From a virus (taxonomy: Duplodnaviria; Caudoviricetes), in IMG/VR virus record IMGVR_UViG_3300037478_000235, positions 1 through 38,478 of that record: 38,478 nucleotides of DNA; one strand, written 5' to 3'. This document shows positions 26,451 to 35,844 of the stretch, piece by piece. The position numbers and the translations under genes are program-made. The notes under the pieces were generated by a model, which ran no database searches, was not told where the DNA came from, and saw only the letters and a program-made list of their open reading frames with translations. Position 1 is the stretch's first letter; the number at the start of each line of letters is the position of its first letter.

Positions 26451-26859
26451 GGAAAACAAGGGGGGAGCGAAAATATTTAAGAAAAAAGCTGCTGAACGAC
26501 TAAAAGCCCTTATGAGGCAGCATAATATTGAGCAACCAGAATTGGCAAAAGCCACCAACTTGAGTCAGGCCACGATCAGCCACATATTGAATGCGGTAAA
26601 CCGATCTTACAAATCAGCGTTCTTATTGGGGATGTACTTTAAAGTCAATCCTCTGTGGTTAGCCGGAATGGTTGATGATGGGCAAAAGGATTTGAGCGCC
26701 TACGAACAGAAATCAAAGGGTGAACTTGAGAGCGAGGTAGTTATCCTGAGCACCCATAAAGAGTCCCTGGACTCGTACATTAAATTATTGAATCAAAAGA
26801 TCAGGACCAGGGATGATGAAATAAACAGGCTAGGTGGAACAGTTAGTCAGCTCGAGTAA
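26449..26859 (+). CDS. CI-like XRE-family repressor with C-terminal coiled coil
   Basis: RLKALM...QPELAKATNLSQATISHIL...VNPLWL; no S24 peptidase domain. Confidence 0.85.
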   Translation: MENKGGAKIFKKKAAERLKALMRQHNIEQPELAKATNLSQATISHILNAVNRSYKSAFLLGMYFKVNPLWLAGMVDDGQKDLSAYEQKSKGELESEVVILSTHKESLDSYIKLLNQKIRTRDDEINRLGGTVSQLE

Positions 26860-27060
26860 TATCAGCAATGATCCGACTGTGTGTACCTTGCTTTCGATAT
26901 GTAGGCGCTGACAGTTTGTTAACACCCGCCCCGCTCCTTTAAGAACAGCCTTATTAACCTCCACAGATTCGTGCAGGGATTCACACAATAGATTTTGATT
27001 GATGCCGTGCGCGGACAAAACGTTATTCAGCGCAATGGCGGACTGGGCCAACTGTGACAT
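26830..27060 (-). CDS. Hypothetical protein convergent with the repressor
   Basis: 76 aa, AT-rich upstream region. Confidence 0.45.
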   Translation of the reverse strand: MSQLAQSAIALNNVLSAHGINQNLLCESLHESVEVNKAVLKGAGRVLTNCQRLHIESKVHTVGSLLILLELTNCST

Positions 27061-27121
27061 AATTGAGAGGGTTATGTTTGGGATAAATAAGATAAGGAAC
27101 TATATCGTAAAATCCAAAAAA

Positions 27122-28285
27122 TCACCCCATTAACCGTTTTAGTTCTTCATTCACTTCCTCAGTAGTCCATCCGATATAGGCTGAGGTTTGTTCTATAGAC
27201 GAATGCCCGTAGTACTTTGAGAGCTTGAATATATCGCCCCCTCGTTCCATCCACATACGGCCAAAGGTTCGCCGGGCTACGTGGGTGGTAATCATTTTAT
27301 GTTTAGGAAGTAAGTCCACCAGTCTTTCATTACCGCGGTACCTGACTTTTTCAATGGTATCTGTTAGCTTTGCGGCCCTGGCTATCTGCTTAATCCTTTC
27401 GTTGCAATCTTGTTGATAGAGTTTAGGGGCCGTGAAGCCCCAGCGCCTGGCTATGGCAGAAGCTTTAGAGGAAAGCAATATATTCTGATCCAGCCGGGTT
27501 TTAATGACAGAGAAGTCAAGGTATACGTCTTTACCTCTTTTTATGAAGTGGTGGGATCGGAGTTGTTGAACATCGGAAAACCGTAAACCAGTGTAGCATC
27601 GGAAAATGCACTCATCTAAGTACACTTGGTGTTCGGCAAGGGGCTTAAACTGTTCCAGTAGGTTCAATTCTTTTTCAGTCAGCCACACAGGTTTGGGGGT
27701 GATATATTTAAACCGGAACTGCACAAAGTCAGGATGCACTTTTACCCCTTGTGATTGGGCAATGCGCATAACTAATCGTATCTTCCGTACATGGTCATGG
27801 ATGGTGTTATTCTCTTTGCCATCGTCTATGAGTTCATTGATGTAATCGTTGAGACTGTCAAGTGAGAAGTCGAGCGCCAGCGGATCACCGAACTTGACTA
27901 ACCTATCAGATACGGGTTTGAACTTACGCGTATAATTGTTTCGAAGGACTTTAAGGTTGCGGTCCCGGTAGTTAAGCAGTAATTGGGATAGGGTAGGGGA
28001 GTCAGCCGGTCTTTGAACCACCCGGAACCTACGGACATTGGCAGAGGTAACGGGCAGTCCCTGGTACTGAAGTTTGAGAAGGATGTCCTGGACTTCGGCT
28101 TTGCGTTTAGTAAGTATGGCGTTTAAGTCTTTGTATCTTGGCATCTGTGACGAAATAGTCTGTGTAGCCTGATCCCAACAGGCAGGAAAGACTTTCACCC
28201 CGGTTCGGATTGGTATGTTCTTGTACATGAAATACAGGCGCGACAGCCCGTATTTATCCTTAGGCTTGAGGAAGGCTTTGAGCAT
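27122..28285 (-). CDS. int: Tyrosine integrase with arm-binding N-domain
   Basis: YTGLRFSD, HVARRT, YGHS, catalytic Tyr in SAYIG; N-terminal TGVKV...WDQ arm domain. Confidence 0.95.
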   Translation of the reverse strand: MLKAFLKPKDKYGLSRLYFMYKNIPIRTGVKVFPACWDQATQTISSQMPRYKDLNAILTKRKAEVQDILLKLQYQGLPVTSANVRRFRVVQRPADSPTLSQLLLNYRDRNLKVLRNNYTRKFKPVSDRLVKFGDPLALDFSLDSLNDYINELIDDGKENNTIHDHVRKIRLVMRIAQSQGVKVHPDFVQFRFKYITPKPVWLTEKELNLLEQFKPLAEHQVYLDECIFRCYTGLRFSDVQQLRSHHFIKRGKDVYLDFSVIKTRLDQNILLSSKASAIARRWGFTAPKLYQQDCNERIKQIARAAKLTDTIEKVRYRGNERLVDLLPKHKMITTHVARRTFGRMWMERGGDIFKLSKYYGHSSIEQTSAYIGWTTEEVNEELKRLMG

Positions 28286-28516
28286 CTGGATAAGGATTTG
28301 GATAAGAATCCACCGGAAAGATAGTTAATTAAGGGTTAAGTTAAAATTAAGTACATGCTAAGTAAATAGCTATCAAACAGGGCAGTTAAAGAATCCCGAC
28401 AGCCCAGATCCAGGCGCAAACAAACTATTGAAATGGTTCCAGCTGGGCCCACAAAAACCTACCTCACTAGATCAATAGCAGCGATTTCAGAAACTTGTAT
28501 AAGCGTTTGTATAAGA
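28286..28516. other. attP: tRNA-3'-like core (28439-28452) between two pairs of arm-type repeats
   Basis: TGGATAAG at 28287 and 28299, TGTATAAG at 28496 and 28508 (both 12-bp period); core CCAGCTGGGCCCAC. Confidence 0.75.
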
Positions 28517-28724
28517 CAATTCCATTCACTACATTCGTTTATGAAGCCGTTGCAATTCATCAGACCCGCGTCTATTGGCGAAGGAGGGAGCAACGGCCCT
28601 TCAATGTCGAGATTCGCGGGTCTGGTTGTTTTAAGTCCATCATTTGAAAAATGAATCGCTTAATCGAAGACGGCGAAAAGTTAATAAAGGCTTGGCGTGA
28701 ATTTCGAGAAGCCGTGGTGACTGA

Positions 28725-28937
28725 ATGGAGGATAAAACATTTAGTAGAATGGATAGCAAGGAAGTTAGAGTCGATGAAATGAAAGCGCAAAGCATAACTA
28801 GGGGCACGAAGGAAGGGAAATTATATATTAACGCTTCCGATCTGTTTGCCCTTGAGCATGTGCAGGAATTGATTCGGAGAGTGTCGAGATCGAAGGTTTT
28901 GAACGATGTGAATAAAGTAAGGCTACCACAAGGATAA
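28725..28937 (+). CDS. Hypothetical protein
   Basis: 70-aa ORF right of attP; start uncertain. Confidence 0.35.
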   Translation: MEDKTFSRMDSKEVRVDEMKAQSITRGTKEGKLYINASDLFALEHVQELIRRVSRSKVLNDVNKVRLPQG

Positions 28938-29013
28938 AAATTCAACGTATCGGCTTCAGAGGGACTAACGGCCTTCGGAGTCTGGTATTCACGGGCTTGT
29001 TATTTGAAAGCTT

Positions 29014-29448
29014 ATGAAAGTTGTAATCAACAATTGTTATGGTGGGTTTTCAGTTAGTCGGAAAGCCGCTGAATTTATGGCATCGCTTGGGTGTCAACAC
29101 GCGAAAGCTGAGATGGAGGATTGGCATCAACGCCAAAGTTGGCTGGTTCATTTTAAGTTGCATGGTGAATGGCCTGATGATTGCCCATTAGAGAAGCGCG
29201 GATTGCTTGAAATTTCTGCTGAATATGGTAAAGAGGCACATTTCTATGGCTATGGCTACGATGCGGGGCATAACGGCTACGACAGGACTTCCGAATTTCT
29301 TATCAAGGCCATTGAAGAACTTGGCGCAGAAGCTAACGGAAGAAGCGCCGAGCTGAAGATAGTTGAAATACCCGATGGAACCGAATTTCAGATAATGGAA
29401 TATGACGGTAACGAATGGGTTGCTGAGAAACATAAAACATGGAGCTAA
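29014..29448 (+). CDS. Hypothetical phage protein
   Basis: MKVVINNCYGGF...LKIVEIPDG...EYDGNEWVAE, a pattern common in phages. Confidence 0.75.
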   Translation: MKVVINNCYGGFSVSRKAAEFMASLGCQHAKAEMEDWHQRQSWLVHFKLHGEWPDDCPLEKRGLLEISAEYGKEAHFYGYGYDAGHNGYDRTSEFLIKAIEELGAEANGRSAELKIVEIPDGTEFQIMEYDGNEWVAEKHKTWS

Positions 29449-29564
29449 AAGACATTCACTGGTAAGGATGTATTGAGACTGTCTAAATGGATGGCCTTAA
29501 AAAATCCTTCTATTAGGGTAGGCTCCGAAATAGCCGGTCCCGGTGCATCCTGCCAGTGATATTT

Positions 29565-29616
29565 AACCAGCGCCGGGAGGTTTCGAATTAGGGTCTTTTC
29601 CTTCCGGCTGCTGGTT
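29565..29616. repeat. Intergenic inverted repeat (about 16-bp stem, 19-nt loop)
   Basis: AACCAGCGCCGGGAGG pairs with CCTTCCGGC(T)GCTGGTT. Confidence 0.6.
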
Positions 29617-29644
29617 TAAAAGATTAAGACAAAATGAAACAACT

Positions 29645-29917
29645 ATGACTTTTAATGATATAGAACAGGAGGTAGCACCATACAAAAATACATTGGTTAT
29701 TATCAACTTTAAAGTGGTTCTTTTATTGGGGTGCGCTGACGATGGTGAAGATTATTATTATCAGGTATGTGAGAATGTCTCAATGGGCAGGGATAAACAT
29801 TGGATGTCAAGTTGCGTGATGGGATTCATCCCCTTAAAGGGCCATATCAACGTGCATGATTACGAGCACATGGCAGCAATATGGAACCGAAATTCAGGTA
29901 AAACAGTCAGCTTGTGA
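29645..29917 (+). CDS. Hypothetical protein
   Basis: 90 aa; DDGEDYYY. Confidence 0.6.
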   Translation: MTFNDIEQEVAPYKNTLVIINFKVVLLLGCADDGEDYYYQVCENVSMGRDKHWMSSCVMGFIPLKGHINVHDYEHMAAIWNRNSGKTVSL

Positions 29918-29918
29918 A

Positions 29919-30239
29919 ATGAAAACCATCTTAATAATCCTCTGCCTAAGTAGCTTTGCCTCATGCTCTGGTAACAGCGGTTGTGACTACTGGGTTACGC
30001 ATTACACGTCATGTCGAGATGATGATGGTATACCGGACGCTGTTTACTTGTGTCGCGGCTACCAATTACGAACAGGATACGTTACTCTGTATGACGTTCA
30101 ACCAGTAACCCATGTTATGATCAAAGAGGGCAAGGGAGGCTGTTGGAGATTAACTGAACACGTAATTGATAAGGTGGTTCTTTATGGAGACATTACTATT
30201 TCTCAGGCCGAATGTGGCGAACTTGAACCATTTAAATAA
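29919..30239 (+). CDS. Cys-rich lipoprotein
   Basis: MKTILIILCLSSFAS-C lipobox. Confidence 0.55.
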   Translation: MKTILIILCLSSFASCSGNSGCDYWVTHYTSCRDDDGIPDAVYLCRGYQLRTGYVTLYDVQPVTHVMIKEGKGGCWRLTEHVIDKVVLYGDITISQAECGELEPFK

Positions 30240-30248
30240 CTGAACCAC

Positions 30249-30521
30249 ATGAGCCGAAAAAGCGAGATTTACGACGTTAATGGCGATGTTTTACACGAGG
30301 TAGAACCCGTAATGAATAGCTTTTTCCGTATCGGTGGACATTACTACCATTGTACACCTGACTTCATTTTGCACATCAACGACGAAAAGGACTTGATAAA
30401 CAAAAACACTATTGCTTACATATCCGACCGGGAGCAGATCGAATACGTGACTAAGGGCGACTTTGAGGCAGCACTCAGGGAAGCCATATTCAACATCGGG
30501 ATTTATCAATTCGTAAAATAA
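30249..30521 (+). CDS. Hypothetical protein
   Basis: 90-aa ORF. Confidence 0.55.
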   Translation: MSRKSEIYDVNGDVLHEVEPVMNSFFRIGGHYYHCTPDFILHINDEKDLINKNTIAYISDREQIEYVTKGDFEAALREAIFNIGIYQFVK

Positions 30522-30529
30522 CTGAACCC

Positions 30530-30751
30530 ATGAGCGAAGAACTACCAGTAAGCGAAGCGGAAATGAACCGACACTTAACGTTGCTGTTCGAGCAGTCGGT
30601 CGGCTATGAATTCCGCCTAAAATGCACCGAGTTTCGCGCGATATGCCGTGGCGTGGACTGGAAATGGATGATGGTAAAAAGCGACTACGGCAACTTTGCT
30701 GTCCATCTGTGCGAACTGACAGGCCAACAAAAACCAATACCTGAAAATTAA
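30530..30751 (+). CDS. Hypothetical protein
   Basis: 73-aa ORF. Confidence 0.5.
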   Translation: MSEELPVSEAEMNRHLTLLFEQSVGYEFRLKCTEFRAICRGVDWKWMMVKSDYGNFAVHLCELTGQQKPIPEN

Positions 30752-30758
30752 TATTCCC

Positions 30759-30938
30759 ATGAGCGACAACGGAACAGACATAGACGCAAGAATCAAACTC
30801 CTGCAGGAAGAGCGCAAAGCCTACCAGGCCCTGGCCGACTCCAACCAGGCCAAAGCCTCAGAGATCCTAAAGAAAATCCGTAAACTGGAAAAGGAGAAAG
30901 AGCGGCAGGCTAAGAGGTTAAACACCATACTAGGTTGA
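30759..30938 (+). CDS. 59-aa coiled-coil protein (absent from ORF track)
   Basis: MSDNGTDIDARIKLLQEERKAYQ...LNTILG*. Confidence 0.55.
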   Translation: MSDNGTDIDARIKLLQEERKAYQALADSNQAKASEILKKIRKLEKEKERQAKRLNTILG

Positions 30939-31073
30939 TTTCCAGGAATTGCCTAAATTTACCACCATGTTAACACCACAAGGCCATTTCCACAAGTTCA
31001 TTGCCCTCCGGAGGGTAGCATGGACTACTGGTTGTGGCTTCGTGTTTATTGATTAATCAATTCTTTTTCAAAA

Positions 31074-31337
31074 ATGGCAAAAGGTGGTGCGAGAAAGGGA
31101 TCAGGACGCAAACCGTTAGCCATTGAGGACAACGTGAAGGAGGCAATAAAACAGGCCCTTGTTTCCAATGGACCAGACACACTATCCAGAATTTGGTCAA
31201 AAATCATATCAGAAGCTAAGAAAGGATCAGAAAAGCATATCCAAATTTTCCTCAATTACTACTACGGAAAACCAAAGGAGAGCGTGCAGATTGAAGGAGA
31301 CATGACTCTCGAAATCAGACGGCGAATCTATAAATGA
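31074..31337 (+). CDS. terS: Terminase small subunit (putative)
   Basis: GGARKGSGRKP...YYYGKPKESV; coupled to terL. Confidence 0.7.
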   Translation: MAKGGARKGSGRKPLAIEDNVKEAIKQALVSNGPDTLSRIWSKIISEAKKGSEKHIQIFLNYYYGKPKESVQIEGDMTLEIRRRIYK

Positions 31338-32623
31338 TTCTTGATCTTACCTATACCGAAAAGCAATCAGAGCTATTTTTCCCAGAACATTTCCCCAAAT
31401 ATACAGTAGTCCCTAAAGGTCGCCGAGCCGGACTAACAAGGGGTGCGGCTCATGCATTCATTGAGTACGGCCTGGATGAGGACTTCTCATTTTTACCAAA
31501 GGGGGATTTATACTTTCTATGGGGTGATACTGTGTCCACAAATATCGATCGATACTATGAACGATATTTTTTACCAGCACTAAAGGGCGTTCCCGGCTTT
31601 TGCTGGAAATGGAGGGCGCAGGATAGAATTCTTAGAATCGGCAGGCTTACGGTTGACTTCAGATCCGCAGATAGGCCGGAGAACTGGGAGGGATTTGGCT
31701 ACCACGTCATATTCCTGAATGAGGCAGGAATTATTCTTGAGGACGATTATCTGTTTGATAACGCGGTTTTACCGATGCTAATGGACTTTCCAAACGCAAA
31801 ATTGATAGCTGCCGGGGTCCCTAAAGGAAAGAGGCATAAGAACGGAGAACACAAGTATTACAAATTGTATAAAGACGCCTTAGCCGAAACGCAAAACCAC
31901 CGGATTATACGTATGACCGGTAGGGATAACCCATTCATTGCCAGGGAGGAAATAGACTCCATAGCGTCAAATATGGACTCCCTGACCAGGTTGCAAGAGA
32001 TAGATGGGGAGTTCATAGACATCAATCAGAAGAAATTCCTCTATACATTTTCGGAAGATAAGAACGTTATCGACTCATACGAAGTCAATCCTAACATACC
32101 CATTTTGGTTTCTTTTGACTTCAATGTGGAGCCAATGACGGCCACGATAGGACAGAAATTAACAAACAGGCGCGGCATTATCTTCGATTTCATTAAAATC
32201 CTGGTAGGGTCTACAGAGGAAGTTTGCGAGGAATTACAGGTAAAATACCCCAATTATTGGATTGAGGTAACCGGTGACGCCACTGGCCACAACAGAGAGA
32301 AGGCCAGAAAGGGCAACATAACCTCCTACAAGGTGATTCGGAAAATGCTCAGCCTAAGAGACAATGATCTGAAGGTGCCAGCCGGCAACATGGCACATAA
32401 GGATTCCCGGCAGCTCTGCTGCTCCGTATGCCAGCACGCTGAATTCCTCATCACCCGCAAGTGCCAGGAAGTAATTAACGATTGCCTAGATGCTGGGGTC
32501 GATGACAAGGGCGAGCTTATCAAGACAAAAGAACAGGGAAGGCACTTTTTCGATAACGTCAGGTACACGATTCATACGTGGTATCCCGACTTCATCAGCG
32601 CCCCTCACAGATATCAGCGTTAA
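31334..32623 (+). CDS. terL: Terminase large subunit
   Basis: KGRRAGLT Walker A, IFLNEAG Walker B, GVPKG motif III, DNPF, QEIDGEF, SFDFN and HFFDNVRY nuclease motifs. Confidence 0.92.
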   Translation: MILDLTYTEKQSELFFPEHFPKYTVVPKGRRAGLTRGAAHAFIEYGLDEDFSFLPKGDLYFLWGDTVSTNIDRYYERYFLPALKGVPGFCWKWRAQDRILRIGRLTVDFRSADRPENWEGFGYHVIFLNEAGIILEDDYLFDNAVLPMLMDFPNAKLIAAGVPKGKRHKNGEHKYYKLYKDALAETQNHRIIRMTGRDNPFIAREEIDSIASNMDSLTRLQEIDGEFIDINQKKFLYTFSEDKNVIDSYEVNPNIPILVSFDFNVEPMTATIGQKLTNRRGIIFDFIKILVGSTEEVCEELQVKYPNYWIEVTGDATGHNREKARKGNITSYKVIRKMLSLRDNDLKVPAGNMAHKDSRQLCCSVCQHAEFLITRKCQEVINDCLDAGVDDKGELIKTKEQGRHFFDNVRYTIHTWYPDFISAPHRYQR

Positions 32624-32698
32624 TTTTTTCCTCAAATAATTGTCTACACGAGTAAGCGATTAAAGATATTTACTTATCTTGTGCCTACACTCGTACCC

Positions 32699-32839
32699 AT
32701 GAAAACAATCAATAAGACACGAATTTTCAAGTTTCGGATAGGGGAATCTGACTATAAGCAGATGATTCGGCAGGCGCAGGATTCGGGGTTGACGGTGAGT
32801 GAGTATTTGAGAAGGTTAATTCTGATGGACGGAAAATGA
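32699..32839 (+). CDS. 46-aa ribbon-helix-helix (MobC-like) regulator (absent from ORF track)
   Basis: MKTINKTRIFKFRIGESDYKQMIRQAQDSGLTVSEYLRRLILMDGK*. Confidence 0.7.
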   Translation: MKTINKTRIFKFRIGESDYKQMIRQAQDSGLTVSEYLRRLILMDGK

Positions 32840-32931
32840 AAGAAATTGTCATCGCTTTAGTAGTGTTCGTGTTGTTGGCTGTCCTTGTCGCGTTGGTATT
32901 GTGCTTATTGAAACTCATAAAAAAGAAATGA
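32836..32931 (+). CDS. 31-aa single-TM peptide (absent from ORF track)
   Basis: MKEIVIALVVFVLLAVLVALVLCLLKLIKKK*; ATGA-coupled on both sides. Confidence 0.55.
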   Translation: MKEIVIALVVFVLLAVLVALVLCLLKLIKKK

Positions 32932-33479
32932 CCGCGCACATCATAGCATCAGGCGAAACAGCAAAGCATTGGGACGGCTCTGGCTTTTCAATCGGCGTGA
33001 ACGATGCATGGAAATGGGGGCACAAATTGAACTGGCTTGTCGTGATCAACCACCCCTCCAAGTTCTCGAACGAACCAGACCGACTGAAGACAATCAAGAA
33101 CAGCACACCACAAATGTTCTTTTCTCATACCGAAGCATGGCGTCACAACTTCCCGAACATGCAAAAGATCAGGTTAACACGGCCATACGGAAGACTCAGG
33201 AGAGGGGTTTATTACCATTCGTCAACCTCACCTTATTGCGCAATGAGTGTCGCGTTCACTCTGCTGGACAACCTGAAAGAACTGGTATTATGGGGGGTTG
33301 ACTTCACGACCCACAAAGTATTCCACCCCAAATCCAGGAGCCACAAGCCCGAGATCGACGCTTACAAGAGGTTATGCGAGGGCTTGAATAAACACGGCAT
33401 TGAAATATATCTGGGCGCGCCCGGTTCCGCTCTGGAATCATTTCTAAAGGTAAAAGAATGGAAGAAAGTTTATTCGTAG
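32928..33479 (+). CDS. DUF115 / sialyltransferase-like Rossmann-fold glycosyltransferase
   Basis: AHIIASG...SIGVN...STSPYCAM...LVLWGVDF motifs. Confidence 0.65.
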   Translation: MTAHIIASGETAKHWDGSGFSIGVNDAWKWGHKLNWLVVINHPSKFSNEPDRLKTIKNSTPQMFFSHTEAWRHNFPNMQKIRLTRPYGRLRRGVYYHSSTSPYCAMSVAFTLLDNLKELVLWGVDFTTHKVFHPKSRSHKPEIDAYKRLCEGLNKHGIEIYLGAPGSALESFLKVKEWKKVYS

Positions 33480-33664
33480 CCGTCATTCTGTTTAAGAAAA
33501 CATTGCTTGGACCCAACGGCCAGCCCAACCCCACCCGGCAGACTATACGGATAATCAAAGCCACGGACAGAAAGAGCGCAGCGGAGAAGTTGCAAAAGTT
33601 CTGGAAGGAGAAGATGGTTAGTTTTAGCGCGATCTCAAGCGAAATAACTGAAATTATCGAATGA
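33458..33664 (+). CDS. Hypothetical protein
   Basis: Coupled ORF. Confidence 0.45.
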   Translation: MEESLFVAVILFKKTLLGPNGQPNPTRQTIRIIKATDRKSAAEKLQKFWKEKMVSFSAISSEITEIIE

Positions 33665-34302
33665 CCTTTTGCGCTATCACACCCACGCGCGGGGACAGGC
33701 CCGAACTCCTTCAGCATTGCAAATGGCAAGCGTCACGCATGACTGTGAAACCGGCAAAGCACTACATCATTGATTACCGGCCATTGACTCATGAGAAAGA
33801 CTTGGTTCAAAGACTTCGCGCGGGAATATCGCTTGCCAGGGAGGACGGCTTTGATTTCGCGTTCATTGTGGAAGACGATGACTACTATCCTGCTGATTAT
33901 TTTGAGACCATGACCGGCAGCGGGTGGGACTTTATTGGCGACGACAGGACGATTTATTACCACATCAGGAGCAACGGTTATGCAATAGAGAACCACCACT
34001 GGCGCGCATCACTATTCACAACAGGGTTTCGTATTTCAGCACTCGATGGATTTGACTGGACAAGATTAAAACCCAGTACGGTGTTCGCTGACATTGCGCT
34101 TTGGGAATTCGCGCGAAGGAGACGTAAGACGCATTTCGTTAAAACAGGCGCTATCGGCATCAAACACGGAGTCGGTTTAACGGGAGGAATAGGCCATCGG
34201 CAAAGGTATAAGAACTTCGATAAGGATTGGTCTTTCCTTGCCTCAAAGGTAGACGCTCACAGTCTTGAATTTTATAAATCACTTCAATTACAAATAGCAT
34301 GA
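33661..34302 (+). CDS. GT-A fold (GT2-like) glycosyltransferase
   Basis: AITPTRGDR N-terminus; FIVEDDDYYP DxD motif. Confidence 0.8.
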   Translation: MTFCAITPTRGDRPELLQHCKWQASRMTVKPAKHYIIDYRPLTHEKDLVQRLRAGISLAREDGFDFAFIVEDDDYYPADYFETMTGSGWDFIGDDRTIYYHIRSNGYAIENHHWRASLFTTGFRISALDGFDWTRLKPSTVFADIALWEFARRRRKTHFVKTGAIGIKHGVGLTGGIGHRQRYKNFDKDWSFLASKVDAHSLEFYKSLQLQIA

Positions 34303-34613
34303 CAACAGAAGAAAAAGAAACACTGAAACACAAATTGGCCGGTTTGAAGGAAAAAAGCGGCAAGTATTTGGATGTCTTCTTCGGAGACTATTGCGATCAC
34401 AGGAGAAAGGATGAGCCAGCTTACAGGCTTACATCAGGAACAAAGGCCGCATTGACCCTATTCGAGCCATTGTCCGATAATGATTTTCAGGATTGGCTTA
34501 CGGCCATCAGGGAAGCAAGCGAGAAAGTTGATCTAGCTAAGGCGCTGGTTGAACATAAAAAACTGAGTCCTGATTTCTTTGAGTCGATTAAAGCGTCGAT
34601 AGAGGACTTGTGA
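34299..34613 (+). CDS. Hypothetical protein
   Basis: Coupled ORF. Confidence 0.55.
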   Translation: MTTEEKETLKHKLAGLKEKSGKYLDVFFGDYCDHRRKDEPAYRLTSGTKAALTLFEPLSDNDFQDWLTAIREASEKVDLAKALVEHKKLSPDFFESIKASIEDL

Positions 34614-35302
34614 TCTCCCTGCTCCATCCTACACGATCCCGGCCTGAGAAATCTCAGCAAACTACAGCTATGTGGCTACGAAGGGCAAAGGAACCGGTAC
34701 AGCTAATTGTCTCACTGGACGCCGACGATCCGACCCTGAAACAATACCAAGCTATCTACCCGGACGCCCTAATCAACCCCAACAAATCAGCGGTGGAAGC
34801 TGTAAACCTAGCCGCCAAACACGCTACCGGAGACATTATGATAGTTCTTTCTGATGATACTGAGTGTCCGCCGTCGTGGGATCTTGCTATCCGTAGGGCT
34901 GTAGCTGATAAGAAAGATTACGTCTTAAAAGTCAATGACGGCATTCAGAACTGGATAGTAACCATGCCGATAATTGACCGGGAATATTACAATAGGTTCG
35001 GCTACATTTATCATCCTGCTTACGCGCACATGTTCGCGGATACCCATTTCAGCCATGTAGCGGACGCACTTAAAAGAATTATTTGGCGCAACGATATAAC
35101 GTTCAGGCACTGTCATTATTCGGTAATGAAACGCAGGCCCGACAACGTGAACAGACGCGCTGATTCCACGTGGAATGAGGGCAAGCGAACTTATTTGAGG
35201 ATGCTCAGGGATAATCTGGGGCTACCTTCAGAAGTCAACATTATGAGGCTCTCACGATACGGGAACGAACATTTGAGGTGGATTGCAAAGAACAGAAGAT
35301 GA
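34610..35302 (+). CDS. GT2-like glycosyltransferase
   Basis: ISLLHPTRSRP, AVNLAAKHATGDIMIVLSDD, MFADT. Confidence 0.85.
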   Translation: MISLLHPTRSRPEKSQQTTAMWLRRAKEPVQLIVSLDADDPTLKQYQAIYPDALINPNKSAVEAVNLAAKHATGDIMIVLSDDTECPPSWDLAIRRAVADKKDYVLKVNDGIQNWIVTMPIIDREYYNRFGYIYHPAYAHMFADTHFSHVADALKRIIWRNDITFRHCHYSVMKRRPDNVNRRADSTWNEGKRTYLRMLRDNLGLPSEVNIMRLSRYGNEHLRWIAKNRR

Positions 35303-35844
35303 AACTATCTATCCTGATACCGCACCTTAAATCTTACGATCTTTACCTCGATAGGTTACGCGCTGCCCTTGATCCGCAACTGAACAGCGATATTGAGCTT
35401 ATAATATTCACCGACTACGGAGAGTGGACAATTGGAGCCAAAAGGAATTGGTTACTTCACCGTGCCAAAGGTGAGTACGTTTGTTTCATAGACTCTGATG
35501 ATCTGGTAAGCTCGGATTATATTAAATTAGTAATGGCCGGGATAGCTAACGGTGTAGATTGCTGCTCCCTTACTGGCGAGATAACAGACGACGGCAAGAA
35601 CCCGCGAAAGTTCGTGCACTCCATGATGTTCAATTCCTGGTATGAGAAGAACGGCGTTTACAGGCGGCCGCCGAACCACCTCAACACCATAAAGGCCAGC
35701 ATCGCAAAGCGGATAGAATTCCCTGATAAGAAGCACGGCGAGGATCACGTATGGAGCGACAAACTAAAGAAGGCCGGACTGATCAGGACAGAGCATTGGA
35801 TTGAAGAAACTATTTATTACTACCTACACCGCAACAACAAATGA
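35299..35844 (+). CDS. GT2 family glycosyltransferase
   Basis: KLSILIP, IGAKRN, AKGEYVCFIDSDD, GED. Confidence 0.9.
   Translation: MKLSILIPHLKSYDLYLDRLRAALDPQLNSDIELIIFTDYGEWTIGAKRNWLLHRAKGEYVCFIDSDDLVSSDYIKLVMAGIANGVDCCSLTGEITDDGKNPRKFVHSMMFNSWYEKNGVYRRPPNHLNTIKASIAKRIEFPDKKHGEDHVWSDKLKKAGLIRTEHWIEETIYYYLHRNNK

Noticed and set aside
28420-28460. Complete tRNA gene
   Set aside because: Only a 14-nt 3'-end-like segment; no D or anticodon arms upstream
30231-30532. AAATAACTGAACC repeated before the 30249 and 30530 starts
   Set aside because: Real short repeat, but most simply a reused stop/translation-initiation junction; too little to claim a system
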